A DNA stretch of 64,000 nt. It comes from Eledone cirrhosa. Lineage: Eukaryota. The DNA lies in contig OZ024744.1 in NCBI GenBank assembly GCA_964016885.1, forward strand, positions 40,734,001-40,798,000. Direction: 5' to 3'. Below, piece after piece: positions 63,461 to 64,000 of the stretch; the stretch's first letter is position 1; the number at the start of each line of letters is the position of its first letter. The notes under the pieces were generated by a model. That model ran no database searches, was not told the origin of the DNA, and worked only from the letters and a program-made list of their open reading frames with translations. A program made the position numbers and the translations under genes.

Positions 63461-64000
63461 TATATTATGCTATAATTATGCTAACATTATGCTAAATATT
63501 CCACATGCTGTTTCTTTATATAGTTATTCTTACTTGTAGATGTAAGTTTCTAATTGTATATACAAGTTTGCAGTTTTTGCTTATTTCAAAGTTTGTATGT
63601 TATGCTATAGCTATAAACTGTTAAATGAGTTAAAATAGATAAGTACAATCTAATTACATCATTAGCATACTAAAAAATAAACCTGAAATATTTTATTTTT
63701 TTAACCTTATGGCATACATGGTAAAATCAGATTTTTGTTTCAGGGTGACCTTTTTTTAAAATTGAAACAAATTAATGCATTTTTCAAGTGTGTATATATA
63801 TATTAATAAAAGGAATTCCAACTTTGTCTGTTTTACTCGTTTTATTTACAATCCTTTAAAATTATAATGATATTATACGGAAATAGTATGGTAGAATATT
63901 AAGTGTTAAATGTTAATTGAACAAGTAATTTCATGCTTTCACAATCTTCAGGTTAATATTCAGTGATGACAGTCAAGTTTGCAATTTTCGACTGTAATGA

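Overview
AT-rich, repeat-saturated animal genomic DNA. The SINE/LINE repertoire and microsatellite density suggest a cephalopod (octopus-like) genome, which is an inference. No intact host gene is evident, and most ORFs in the track are microsatellite or antisense artefacts. The window is a nest of transposon relics: RLE-type (R4/Dong-like), RTE, CR1-like and L1/Tx1-like LINEs, a near-complete Penelope-like element (RT + GIY-YIG, direct and inverted pseudo-LTRs), two tRNA-derived SINE families, and mariner, hAT, Tc1/pogo and Helentron-like non-autonomous elements. The main signal not shown by the ORF track is about 11 type I hammerhead ribozyme motifs (CUGANGA...GAAA...UH with pairable stems), found by eye on both strands. 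They come from several unrelated sequence families. Most sit in small non-coding inserts in (TA)n tracts that have terminal inverted repeats, fold-back palindromes or terminal direct repeats, so they look like retrozyme-like or Penelope-mobilised non-autonomous elements. Other notable items are a twin-priming-type 5' inversion in an RTE LINE, possible (TATC)n targeting by a Tx1 lineage, and a PHD-like finger inside RTE ORF2. All structures were derived manually and need computational confirmation.
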